Source of the DNA: Psilocybe cubensis
Taxonomy: Eukaryota
Length of the DNA: 64,000 bases
Direction: 5' to 3'
Assembly: GCA_017499595.2 (NCBI GenBank)
Contig: CM038998.1
Coordinates: 1,736,001 to 1,800,000, forward strand
In this document: positions 11,517 through 24,371 of the stretch, in pieces
How positions within the stretch are numbered: position 1 is the first letter of the stretch
How the letters are laid out: each line of letters opens with the position of its first letter
Program-made: the position numbers and the translations under genes
Notes under the pieces: model-generated
Told to the model about the DNA's origin: nothing
Databases searched by the model: none
Seen by the model: only the letters and a program-made list of their open reading frames with translations

Positions 11517-14500
11517 ATGCATATTAAGAATGCATCCCTCTCTGTGCTGTTGTCTCTATTATTTCGGAAGGTTCAAGCTACCCTCAATGCTCCTAACGCT
11601 TTAAATTTACGTCTAACGGCAAATGTCACTCACGAGATTCCGACGACACTGTATGGGTATATGTGGGAGGTTTGTTTTTTAGTCTACGACGCAGAACCGC
11701 CAACTTAATTTTAAATAATTCAGGACATTAACCATAGGTGAAAACTTCTTTCATCTTAGCTGTCGGCACATCTGAAAATAAATATGTTACAATTTGCAGT
11801 GGAGACGGAGGATTATATGGTATGAATTTATAAACCAAGCTTTGAAGACACTGACGCTTTCCGACCTTAGGCGAACTCCTACAAAATCGGGCCTTTCAAG
11901 CAGTGATTCCTGGTACACTGAACGCGTGAGTTCATTGGCAACGAGCTTGCGTTACCCAGATACGAGCCAACCCTTAGATTGAATGCCTGGCAACCTTTCA
12001 ATGGTGCTCGTTTATCCGTGGTATCTACCACAAAGGGTGTATCCCCTTCCCTTCCGAATAGTCTTCAAGTACAATTTCCTAAAGTGGTCACCGGACCAAT
12101 CGGTTTTGAAAACACGGGTTTTTGGGGTCAGTTGTTGTTATCGATGCCTTTCGTAATGTCAAGCTCAACTCCGTCAAGGCATCAAAGTACAAGAAGGATG
12201 GACTTACACCGGATCTTTCTATGCAAAATCTGATACATTTACCGGCGCTGTGAACGTTTCACTTAAATCTACGCAGGGCACTGTATTTTCATCTGCTACG
12301 GTCAAAGGTGTTTCCAAAGAATGGGAGAAATTTTCCTTCCAGTTCCAGCCAACAACCTCGGCACCAAATGAAAACAATGTGTTTAACGTTGTTGTGGACG
12401 GAAAGGCAGCCGCTGGCCAGGTAATTTTTTTCGGGATGTTTTCCTTGTTTCCTCCTACTTTCCGGGGGCGTGAAAATGGCATGCGTATAGATTTGGCAGA
12501 GGCACTGGCTGCGACTAGACCATCTGTTTGGCGCTTTCCCGGTGGAAACAACATCGAGGTATGCTTATGCTACCTAAAACTATCACTACGAAGAATACAA
12601 TTAACTTCATGTGATAGGGTATGAGTTTTGACACTAGATGGAAGTGGAACGAGACGATAGGAAGGTAAGTATAGCTTGAACCTTACTGTGTATAATGACA
12701 TTGAAAATACTCTAGACTCGAAGATCGACCTGGAAGGCTAGCAGATTGGGGTATGGTCTGCCTCTATGGCTTTCAAAATTACTAAATTTTATTTTCTCAG
12801 GATATTCAAACACTGATGGACTCGTAAGTCTACCACAACTACGATGATGTATTGATCAACTTACTCGTTAAAATACAGGGACTCTTGGAATATCTAAATT
12901 GGGCCGAGGACCTTGAAGCTGTGAATTTATGAACTATACCGTTGTCATGAAACAACCTTGATTGTTTTTAATGTTTCTACAGGAACCGATCCTAGGTAAA
13001 ACGCCTTGTTTACTCTTGCCTTTCCCGATTGCTGAAGAATCTGACAGGCATTTGGAGTGGTATATCCGTTGCTAATTATTCGGACTTATCCACTTGGCCT
13101 GTTGTTCCCGAGGCAGATTTGCAGCCTTACATTGACGATGCTCTCAATGAAATCGAATTTATAGTTGGCGATGCAAAAACAACAAAATTCGGTCAGCTAA
13201 GAGCAAGCCTTGGCCGAGAGGAGCCTTACTCTCTCAAATTCATTGAAATGTTGGTTTTTCTTGAATTCTAAACGCGATCGTTTGATTGACAAAATTTCTA
13301 GAGGAAACGAAGACACAGTGAGCCAAGTTCTTACAACATTGTTGCAAATTAACCTTTATTTTTTCTGTTATAAATAGTTTCAAGCAGATTCGTAAGTCTG
13401 TCAAATTCACTTTGAATTCTTATTGGTATTGACACTTTTAAATAGCTATGCTTCCTATCGATGGAAGGCATTTGTAGATGCCATTGGCGCCAAATTCCCT
13501 CAAATGCAATTCCTTGCTACCACGTTGCCCTCAACCGCACTCACTCCTGCCTATACTAAAAGTGCGTGTGTTCACATTTTTGCTATTGTTTTCATAGATC
13601 ATACTGATCTCTTCCGTCATGAAGTTGATTTCCACCAATACAGCTCACCTTCTTGGTTTACAAATGGAGCTTTCATGTTTGATGATTATCCTCGTAACGG
13701 AACACAATTTTTTATTGGTTAGACACATTTTTTTCAGCAATCAATCTCAAGCTAACAAAATCCTGTTCAGGCGAATACGCAGGTTTGTCACCACTATTGC
13801 ACAATGAGACCAATTATACTCAAGGATTGGTGTTCAGTGACATCTACGAACGACAGTAACGCTTTAGGCGACCTTCCGAGTGGACGTTTAGCATATCCCA
13901 CTCTTCAAGGATCGGTCGCTGAAGCCGCATTTATGACCGGCATGGAACGCAACTCTGATGTTGTGTTCGCTTCAGCTTGTAAGACGGGTCCAGATTTCTA
14001 ATTTTGGTGTTACTCATTCTGTTTTTAGATGCACCGAGGTAGATATACATTGATTCCCTTTTTACCAGGTTCACTAAGGCGTCACCGTGATCTAGCCTTC
14101 AGCACATCAGGAATTTCCAATGGACCCCAGATATCCTGACATTCGACGCTACCAGGATGGTCAAGTCGACATCTTATTATGTGCAAGAGGTTAGTAAACT
14201 GTTAAACACTACTAAAATATCTAGGCCTGAAAATACTTCAAAGATGTTTAGTGTGAATCGTGGTACACATGTACTCCAAACCTCTCCTGTATCTTCTCCA
14301 GACAATGCGCCATTGTACTGGGTTGCTAGCATCAACAATGAAACAGATGTAGTATTCCTGAAGGTGCGACCCAAAGATGCTTATTAGCGTTTTATCTATC
14401 TTACGACTTTGATTTCGATGACAGGTGGCAAACGCAGGGACTGCAGACCTCACAGCGTACATATTCCTAGATTTTCCTATCACCGGAACTTTGTCTGCAG

Positions 14501-14694
14501 TTTCAATCAGCTCTCCCGCTCTCACACCCATAGCAGGTCAATTTGGCGTCTCGAACACCTTGGATGCGCCCGAACAGATCATACCGGTGTCCAACACTTG
14601 GGCCGTCCCACTTCCTGATCGGCTGAACTACACATTCCCGGCCATGAGCGTTACTGTGCTGACTTTACAGAGCCCCAATTTCAAGATAGCATAA
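11517..14694 (+). CDS. Glycoside hydrolase family 51 alpha-L-arabinofuranosidase, secreted
   Basis: Signal-like N-terminus; [65 protein letters not shown] and GMERNSDVV motifs; many short exons. Confidence 0.92.
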
Positions 14695-14988
14695 GGAGAT
14701 AAATGGTTGTAGACTTTGGTTAACATTATGATTGGGGCTCGGTCAGTCAGGACTCAGTACTACTTGTAATGTTTGAGACTTAGCAACAATGGTTCCAACT
14801 TTGTTCCAAAACTTTGTTCAAGGTGTCGCTTGTCAGCTCGTAGACAATGTTACCTTTTGCGACTGCTAATGGATGTATCAAAGTAAAAGAACAAGGAAAA
14901 TATCATGCAACTTCTTTGGTACATAGTGGTGATCTAACGGCCTTGCCCCTGTCAAAGTGACAAGTTTGCCCTGCAAACACGGAGAGTC

Positions 14989-15013
14989 ACGCGTTTGTCA
15001 CGCGAAGACGCGT
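14989..15013 (+). promoter_or_regulatory. Cluster of MCB-like elements (ACGCGT, ACGCGA, ACGCGT) 60-85 bp upstream of ASK1
   Basis: ACGCGT at 14989-14994, ACGCGA at 15000-15005 and ACGCGT at 15008-15013. Function is inferred from yeast MBF sites. Confidence 0.45.
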
Positions 15014-15072
15014 TTTGTAGGGTTGGTTCGATGCATTGTCATTCAGTATCCCTGAACAACGTTTAATCAGTC

Positions 15073-17325
15073 ATGCCGACGTCCAGGAAACCCATTACAC
15101 CTCAACCTACGAGATGGAAACCGAATCCTGATCCCTCATCCATTGTGATTCCGGGTCTGGACACGGAAGCTTCAACGGTCGACCAAATTGAACAGATCGA
15201 GCAACTTATCACAATTAAGCTCCAGGTCAGATCAAGCTTTCTCGACCCACTGCATTTGGAATTGACAAGATCAGTAGAACATCGACGAAAATTTCTCCAA
15301 AATTCATAATGTGCTGGCTAACAAATTGTTGCCTGCAGTGAAACGGTATGCTGTGGGGACCGAGCCCGTTAGGGAGGCTGCAAAGGCATGTTTTCCTTCG
15401 GTCAAGGTTATTCGATGATCACTCATCGGAATGCTTAGTTTTGGACCTCATTCTACGAGCAAGCAGCCCAGATTCGGATACCGACGTTCGATGACTATTC
15501 CACTGTGAATGAAGTACCTTCCGAGCATGAGGAGATTCAAGAACAAGCCGATAAAAACACTGAAATTGAAAACCAGACAACGCGTCCAGCTCCGGAGATT
15601 TATGAGACCAGTGCTGTAAATAGCGAGACCTCATTCATGCCTGGGCAAGGCGCTTTTTCGTCGACTCCCGCTATCGCTCGGCAGGGAGCCACCGATCACA
15701 GCTATGCAACACAGGGATCGGATCCTTCGTGGACGCCGTCTATGGAATCGCCTCTTGTGCGTTTGAATAGGGAGATTAACAATTTTGTCAACGAGTCGAC
15801 CGAAGACAGTATCATTACTTCTTCATCTTCCGCTGCTCAGTTTACGCCGACTCCAGCTCCTGTAGAAACAAGACAAGAATATGAACCATCCAACTTTACG
15901 TTCCAGGCACCTACTCCAAGTGAGGCACCGCGATCTGAGAAAGGAAAAGGAAAAGCGCCTCCTCAGCCATTGCTGAAAGAGGTCCTTCGGCATACTTTAT
16001 TTAACGCAAATGACAGTTCATCTTTCACTAACAACACGATCAAGACATCTCCCTTCAAATTCCGAGCAAAGCCTAAAACGCCCACAATTGACAAAAGCCT
16101 TAATCCGTATCTACGCTCGGACGACACTACTGCGTCTACTAGTAATTGGAGTGGGGTCGTGGACTTGCGAGATCCGAATGTGCTGACACCCAAACGCGGT
16201 CAATCCAAGAAACTCGCTTCAAAAAACCCTACTAGTGCCTATGACGACGACGATGACTCGTTCGACGGACTGCCGCCTGGCATGTCTCCTCCCGTGCTCA
16301 TGTCTCCAGCGCGGCCCCCACGCTCGTCCGCAGAACTGGGCCTGCTCAGACTCGGACAGACGCCCGCACGAGATGCGTCGATGCGTATTCAGCACGATCT
16401 CCTTCGCGCAGAACAGATGAGGAGCGGTGGTGTTTCCATTGGCGGACGGCGGCTGAGCACATTCCCGAAACCTGACGAGTCGAGCATGAGCAGCACTGCA
16501 CCGACGCCACCGTCGCTTTCGCGCTACAGCCGGCGCGACGACTACAGCACGAGCAGTAGCGTGACCAAGGACTCGAGTCTGGAGAGTATGATACGCCACA
16601 TTCGTAGCGGGATCGCGCCGAATGTGGGCATGACGCCTGGGATGGGATCGACGCCTGGCCTGCGGATCCGTCCCCGAGCGCAGGCTCAACCACAACAGCA
16701 GCAACGGCAAGCAGAAGAAGCACCGCGTGCCTATGAACGGGAGTACACACCACCTAGACAATATCAAGAAGATCAACAACGAGGATATTCATACCCATCT
16801 GAACCCGCCACGCCGATGTACGGGCAGCAGCAACACCTACGCGACGACGATATCGACTCGGACTCGGACTCTCTAGACGAAATCAATAATACCGGACATC
16901 CATCCGCTGCTTTTCTTATGGCTTCGCAGGGTATCGGAGGGGACTACGACGACTCGGACTCGTTCGAGTCCAACCGGTCCGATGACTCATTGAACGATGA
17001 GGCTGTCGCCGAGGGCATTGTACCTGTTCACCCATTCGCCATGACCGGCGGCACGATTGAAGACGATGGGTTTGACGACGATTCATTTGACGACGACGAT
17101 GACATGCAGCGAGGTCGTGGTGGGGAAGATCAGTACGAGGAGGAGACTGTATTCGGCGTGCATCCAGCGCAGAGGCAGCAATTGCACCAAGCACGACAAA
17201 GCGATGGGCAGAATTTGCGCATGATGGGGGATACGCTGCTTCAAGATACCATTGGGATTGGGACGCAGCTGGCTGCCTCTGGTAGAGTGGAAGAGAGCCC
17301 AACGCCTGCATCATGGGCGCATTGA
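15073..17325 (+). CDS. ASK1: DASH/Dam1 kinetochore complex subunit Ask1 with a long disordered C-terminus
   Basis: N-terminal QIEQIEQLITIKLQ-NIDENFSKIH...LLPAVKRY...AKFWTSFYEQAA matches the DASH_Ask1 domain; followed by a long S/T/P- and D-rich exon. Confidence 0.85.
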
Positions 17326-17783
17326 TATTTTTTCTTCCTTTAAACAACCTTGATGTACTTGTTTTTATTAAAGGTGCAATATATTGCTGTGGTTCTGTCA
17401 ATTTCCTGAATATAACATGAGTGTCAAGATTGGGTATCTATGGTTAGCATGATGTAAAAGTACATGTACTCTAGATATTGTGTATGGTATGTGTCCAGAG
17501 AAGTAATGTCCGAGAAAATGAGTCATTTTTCCAAATAAGAAAGAACGAAATGATAGCCTCAACGCGCCTGCGCTTGGATGGCCGTTGTATGAAAATGAAT
17601 GAGTGTGAGTGCATAGGATGAGGATGTACTGTCGATTTGGTATTCGCGATAAAAATGCAAGTCCGAGTACCGAGATTCCCAATTGGAAGATCTACATACC
17701 ATACCGGATTGCATTTTCTGATCTTTGAGGAAGTGGATGTTATGAGGGGGCAGTGCGATCCCTCCGTGTCCCGGCTATGTGAT

Positions 17784-19239
17784 CTAACCGAGACCAAAGA
17801 GAGCGCGGACACGCTGCTGTAATGTGATCTTGGGCATACCTACTCCTCGATGGCCTCCTGGAAGCGATGTGATGGTGCGAGGGACATCTTTGAGAAGTCG
17901 GGCAGATTCCACTGTTAAAAAAAAGTCAGCATAAAAATTTCAGAATATGGAATGCAAGTTGAAAAGACGCGTTGTTTGCAAGTCGTAAAAGCATAGCTGT
18001 GCACAAAAAGAATGCAAAGCTAATAAGATGAAACAAACACTCACAATACAAAACAGGGCCTACGCCATCTCCGTTTCTTGGGAAAAACACGCTCACACCG
18101 GCATCATGCAGATACTGGACACCGAGTCTGCTCGCCTCCCCCGGACGCGCAATGCGCAGCTTGGTGAGCACATTTTGAACGGAGAGTGTGACAGAGATAG
18201 ATTCTGCATTGTGGTCGTCCCAATGGGGAGAATGTGGGTTGGAGAGGGCAGGAGCGGGAAAGCGATGGGCGGGGTATCCTAAAGCAATAAGGGTATCTCG
18301 AGAGATTATGGAGTAGGAAAGGCTGGTATCAAGTATGAAATTGGTGGCAACAGCATCGGAGGGAAACACTTCATGAGTAGATTTCTGTACTGGGTCGGGG
18401 TGTGGATGGGAATAAGAGTAAGAATGGACATGGGCAACATATCTGGATGGTGTGATAGATGGATAACCTTGGACGGGAGGTCTGGGTATAGGTTCTGGCG
18501 TGGATGTAAGCTTTCGGCTGTAACTCATTGGTAAAGACGCTGTAGACTTTGAGGAGAGACGTTTCTCGAGCATAGGCGAATCTGAATACGAAGCAGACTT
18601 GGAGGGTGGCATAGGGTTGGATGGATCGTCAGTATGGTAACTGTTTCTCCGATGGTCCTTTCTAGCTCTCGCATTCCATCGTCTACCTTTTCCTTTGGTT
18701 GAAGATGGCGAAGGAACGCGAACCACAAGTCTCCAGGCGAGGAGGCCTTTGAGAGGACCGAAAGGGATGCGAACACCGGAGCAGGGAATGGTCTCAATTT
18801 CGGTGGTGTGGGGGGCATTGTCAGGACCCAGAGCAGTTGCCAGCTGGCCGACAGTAGTCAAGGGGTAGACGTGAGTATGTGAGGAGGAGGACGACTGGCC
18901 GGGATCTGCAGGGAGAGCAGGTAAGAGAGGAAGAGGAAGGAAAGTAAGTTTTAAGCAACCTCCTGCATATGGGTCATAGTCCTCCCTTGATTTCTGCTTT
19001 TCATAGCGGGGAAGAGGCGGTAACCCCTTTTCTGGAGGAGGCACTAGGCCGGAGTCAATGTAACCAGGCAGAACGTCATCCAAGGATATTTTGGGTTCTG
19101 GTGCAGAAAATGCAGTGTGGTCTGAGGAGGAGACGGAAGAGTGGAGAGAGGCGCGGTCTGGGGGCATTGGATGAGAGCTGGAAGAGCTTGAGGGAGAATG
19201 GGGAGGAGGATACTCTGGATTTGTTACTTTGAAAGGCAT
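17784..19239 (-). CDS. Hypothetical protein, Pro/Ser-rich, with a C-terminal retropepsin-like (aspartyl protease fold) segment
   Basis: 437-codon ORF plus a terminal exon (...ESARLLKDVPR...VRALFGLG*, TAG at 17784-17786); FILDTSLSYSIIS and SRLGVQYL motifs. Confidence 0.7.
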
Positions 19240-19476
19240 GGTGATGGTGAGTATTCAAGGAGAGAAGGACGACTATTTAAAGCGTGACGCATGGTAACAC
19301 GTGTGATGAGATTTGAACCTCCGCACTAGGCTGCAGACAGCGGTATGCCCTGCCCGTATGCGAAGACAAAAGCCCTGAGGCCAGTAGCAGTGCCCCTAAT
19401 CCCACTCAGCCCGCGCGTCAATGTCCGATCGCACGCGTAAATTACAGTGTCACGTGCCATTTAATTATCGACTCGT

Positions 19477-20822
19477 CTAATTGCAGATATCAAAAATGCT
19501 ACGCAACTCGAGCTTGCCAAAGATACCAAAACTCCGTTCATTTTCATTGTCCTTCCACAGCTGGTTATCCGCTTCAAACGCATACACAGTCACACTTCTG
19601 TCATCTCGGCATGCGCAATTCAGATTCAGGATTGCCATTCTCTCGTCAAATCCAGACGCGATCGCCCTCGAGTTGTTGCGTCCCTCCGACGGCCATCCAG
19701 ACCTATTCAGTCCAATTCTGTCGGCATTTATGCGCAAAGCCTATCAATACAGCTACGCACTCTGTGATAATCAACTTCTTGCCCGGGCACTTTTTCTGTA
19801 GCGACGGGACTGCCAGTTTGAACAGGAAATCACCAGCCTGGCGTGATGTGCGATAGCCATCAAAGAACGCACTACATCAACCGCGTTAGATCATGCAGTA
19901 ACTCACTGAAAAACGTCTCACTGAGCATTTGCGGCTACAAAATCCCCGCCACACAGAGATGGCTCATCTCGAATTCGGACCCAGGTGTGCACAGTCGATA
20001 CCGGTGTCTTGACCCCCATCATCCGGAGGTAGCCTGTCAATTGGAAAGTAACCGCATCAAAATCAGCGTCTCCCATGATTGGGGAATATATGCCCACCTC
20101 GGACATCGTATACTCTCTGCATGATATTCCTGGTCGTGTCGTTGACCTAATCATTTGTGGCAGATATTTCTGCTGTCAGTTACATTTCTTCAGGCAAGCA
20201 ATTTCAAGTTTGCCTACCTCATTTCCGATCGTCAGTCCAACATAACGTGAAGCACCATATTTCCAATAATTTGCCATGAAGATCTGCACTTCGTCACTAC
20301 AAATAAAACAGTCAGTCAGGTCTTTGAAAGCAGAAGATCGCAAATAATTAAGCACATACTCGATCTGTTTTTTCGCCTCGGCAACAGTTTTCTATATATC
20401 AAAGATTATACATATTTCGAGAAACGAGATGTCGCATATATTCACTTACATGAATATAAATTCCGGCAAGTACAGTCAATCCATACTTCTCAGCAGCCTT
20501 CGACGCCCTAGGTAGCGCATTACAGTCGAACCCGACGATGCGTAGCGATTTGAACCCATTCGCCTTTGTCGTTTTAGCAAGATTATTCCACTACCGACAC
20601 AATTAAAAAAAGATCCCATGTCGGTTACAAATATCCGTCAGCGTGTCCAAAAATTTGCAAGGGGCACCATTCTCATTAAGAAAGATAACTCACGTCTGTC
20701 TGCGTACGGCATGTGTACGGCGCCTTTCCGCCGATGGCGTTGGCTGCCACCATGCCGTAGAAGTTGGTGGCTGCGTACGTCTGAGTCGCTAGCCCTGCAA
20801 GGAGAACGAGAATGAACTTCAT
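19477..20822 (-). CDS. Secreted glycoside hydrolase family 17 beta-1,3-glucanase/transglucosylase
   Basis: Hand-spliced product: MKFILVLLAGLATQTYA signal, YTCRTQTDW, SLRIVGFDCN, LTVLAGIY, GLTIGNE (acid/base), PVSTVHTW, AANAHAFFD, IITESGWPSEG (nucleophile) and FEADNQLWK...ERSFGI. Mostly missed by the ORF track because the exons are short. Confidence 0.85.
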
Positions 20823-22081
20823 TCCTAGCAAACAACAGGTGTAAAGAGAACTTTGAAATGAGGGGGAAATAATGTAGAAGCCTATTTATCCATGTCGACT
20901 TTATCTTTCGTCATATTTCGATGACTTTCAAAAGTTCATGTGCGAGAAGTCTCAGGTCGTTATGTTTTGTAAAACACTGCTTGATAGACCAAAGATCTAC
21001 CTCTGGAGCACATGCGGAGAACTTTGGAGAGTTGTGATGAATGTTTACACACCCGATGAAGAAGACACCAAATTTGCAAAATGAGACAAGCAAGTTGGTT
21101 GGTTATCATAGTAACCCCCGTTTTCTTTTTAAAGAATGGACAGTATTTGAGCAGAATTGCTAGTTACTACTATACACCTTATACATAAATTATGATTGAA
21201 GATGAACTCGCTCAAAATTTGCACAAACTTTGATGCCCACCATATAGACGCCCGTTCTGTGGAGTCACGGACCGGGCGGGCCGTAATCGTGCCTGAACCC
21301 CCTGTTCTTTTCCACCACATAGTGGTTGTGATTTTTTCAACTTCTTCAATCCACCTTGAACATTTCACTTCATCCTTGTCGATAAGTTGTCGCTTCCTGC
21401 ATCTAGGAACGATGAGATATATCGATATATGCTAGGTGCCTATAGCAATTTGAACCCACGGATTTTGGCGCCGGATCAGGGACATCGGAATCTGCACGCG
21501 CCGTGATGAAACATTCCAAACTATATCTCCGAGCCCTGACCCTTGAAAATGTTATCAAGATGACATCCTAACACATTCATGGGATGGGCGCGCCTTCATT
21601 ACGACTAGCGCTTTTGCAAATTTCCTACTCAAACAACGGAGTGTTTCCCGGAGGGTTACAGTTTACAACATTTCTGTCGAATTATGTAGTAGCATTAACT
21701 TTGAGTGTTTACTTTGTATTTAATGATCAGAAATTAAGCAATTCTGGAAGGATGCATGAAAATAAAGTACAATTATGCTTAAACTGTGTTGATATAAAGG
21801 TGGACAACAAACTGGATGAAAGGAGAGGTACGCGCAAATCGTACCCGTATATATACACACATGTGCAATTCGAGTGTGCGCGCGAGGAAATGAAAAAGAA
21901 AAGGAGTGACAAAGCGAAAGCGAATAAGTTAATAGCGAAGCAGATACAGATGCGATGCAAGTTTTGGAGGAAGTCCTTGGTAAAGTTATGAAGCGACATG
22001 GACGCCGTTAGTTAATGCTGTGAGTATTTGCCGAGGCGGAGAGCAAGTATCAAGTATGTTGAATGATGGGTGTTGAGGGTG

Positions 22082-24371
22082 TCAGAAAGGACCGGTGTGG
22101 CTCTGCATGTACGGACTGGCGTACGGACTTGCGTACGGACTCGCATAAGGAGCAGATGAATAAGCACGAGAAGCTGGGCGTGAAGGAGGATTGGACGGAG
22201 CTTGTGACGGAGCATGCCACATCGGGAGATATGCTGGAGACTCCTGTTGCGGGCTATTATACATGTACTGACTGTGGGATTGTGATGAGGAAGTTGAACT
22301 GGCAACAGAAAGATGATAATGTAGGCCACCTGGGACTACAGGTGCGTTGTGATAGTATGTCGTATTAGGTAGAATCCCCATTGCCTCCATCAGGGGTTTT
22401 ACAGGGACCACAGGTGTATTCTTCCAGCCTATCTCGTCGTCCGACTCATCAGAATCCGAGTCGTTGGCCGTGTATACCGACGAAAATCGATGGCTGCTTT
22501 CTGAGCGGACAACAGGAACAATCCATGGAGAGTGACGTTCAGCAGGGAGACTTCTAACTGAAGTTTGCCTCTCGAGCCTGAACTAAATTTAATGATTGAA
22601 ATTATAACAAAACTCGGGAGGGCTTACCCATGCCATGAAGTTGTGTCTATCTCCAATTTATCGCCCAATAGTATGATTAAAAACTCTGGAATATCTCGTG
22701 ACGAGCTTCGTGTATGGTGGTCGACAATGTCACCTGCATGATGATTACAATCATAGTTGTCCGAAGAGGAGGTAGAGTGACTCGATCTCGACGATTTACT
22801 GGATTTGGTATCGGAAGAACGGATGCTGGCCGAAGAATCTTTGATAGACTGGTCGGAAGAGCGATCATCTTTAGTCCTACATTCAAATCAACCTGTATTC
22901 GGAAGGAAGACAATTGAACGGTCTTAACGCACGATCGAACTACCGCAGGAACTGTGGTGCTGTTGGGGACATTAGACTTGATATTGTGAGCATCGAGAGC
23001 ATTCTGCACTTCTGCAGGCAGAAGTGCTATTCCAAAAATATCGTGTCGGATTCGGCTCATGTATATAACAAACACGAGGACTTACAAGTATCAGATATTC
23101 TGGGAGAAGTCAGCATAAAAAAGGTTATCGATACCGCTAAGGACTCACACAGAAAGACGGTCTGGGTTGGCAACTCGGAGAGGAACTGATGACGAAGGAT
23201 AAATTTTTGAATAATGATGTCATGCACAAGGCTCATACCTCGGTGGCTAAAGGGAACTCCTCGAATCATGTTGAGCAAGGGGAGCGACATCACACTGTCA
23301 GTAGCAGAACTATGGGTATCGGTCAATGACGATGTCCAAGAGATATAACGGGATGTTTAATTACACAGGAGGTTCAGGAAGCGGGGGTTGTGTGGCAGCT
23401 TTCAAAGCTGGTCAGACAGAATGAACCCCAAGATAATTTAGGCGAGATAGGTACCTAGCACGGGCGAAGATTCTTCCGGTGTAGAAGCCTTGATACCCGC
23501 AGGGGGACGAGAGGACGAGTGTTTTTTGTCAAACTTTCGGGTCCCTTTGGATAAGTTTGCGTAATTCCGCAGAGACCTAAGAGAGTAATCATGAGCGCTA
23601 TCAAATATTGGAGTCGTATTTGATTGATTACTTACGATATACTCTTGTACTCCTTGTCGAGCCCCTTGGCCAATCGTCGAAACTCCGAGTCAAGGATAGT
23701 GGCACGACGCTCGAACTCTGAATCAAAAGTTTTAGTGACATCCGTGTAGACCCATCCTCATCACACACCTGTTCCCTGAAGAGATTTCTAAGAGTAATAC
23801 CTGATCAGAGGATTTCAAGCGAAAGCAGACGTCGGAAGGCACATACCATCTTCCCGCGCCATGTCATGTAATAGTCAACACATTTGATGCTCCCCTCCCA
23901 GACCGTAACAGCAAATACAATAGGCGAGGGCATTGGTTCAGTCGTTAATTTGTCGTTATGTTTTCGTGATTGTTCAGAATCAGGGCCATGGTCTCTGGAG
24001 ACAGAATGCGGTAGTAGTGTGAGTGAACCGAACAACGGTGCCAACCAAGCCAGTACACACCGGAGGTAGTTTTTGAAGTAGGTCCTAGCCTCAGAACCAT
24101 GTACGATCTTGAACTTTCTATGTGGCGATTTCTTGAGGCTGTCCTGAACACCCTTGGTGGCAATCTCCTCCAAAAACTCGGGCGCGCAGCGAGCATGACG
24201 GACTCTGTTGCCCGCAACAGTCTGAAGGGCGTCAAGAGCGTGCTCGACACGAGATCCACCGGAAGCGTGGCTCATGGTTGATGTCTTATCATTATCGACA
24301 TCGTTTAACTTTGGAAGAGGAGTGCGCTGGGAGGCGTGGGGCGATGCATAGGGCGATCCAGCAGGAGGCAT
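22082..24371 (-). CDS. Hypothetical multi-exon protein; folded-looking N-terminal region and Ser/Pro-rich tail with PYAS repeats
   Basis: About 10 exons joined at canonical GT-AG sites give a stop-free frame: MPPAGSPYAS...WRGKM|KSLQGT|EFERRA...RVANPD...RS|TKDDRSS...HG|LERQ...GPF*. No family recognised. Confidence 0.6.
22105..22150. repeat. Imperfect 12-bp coding tandem repeat (about 3.5 copies) encoding PYAS-PYAS-PYAS-PY on the minus strand
   Basis: GCGTACGGACT[G/T/C] units visible on the + strand. Confidence 0.75.

Noticed and set aside
15963-17401. Long antisense ORFs overlapping ASK1 (similar shadow ORFs occur over chitin synthase, POM152 and IPP1)
   Set aside because: Expected shadows of GC-rich coding exons; no independent motifs.
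20911-21435. Short ORFs on both strands between GH17 and the hypothetical gene
   Set aside because: No recognisable motif or consistent exon chain; treated as intergenic, though a small gene cannot be excluded.
22082-24371. Apparent pseudogene with many in-frame stops and C-to-T-like decay
   Set aside because: The stops fall inside short canonical introns or in the wrong frame; a stop-free spliced frame can be built.
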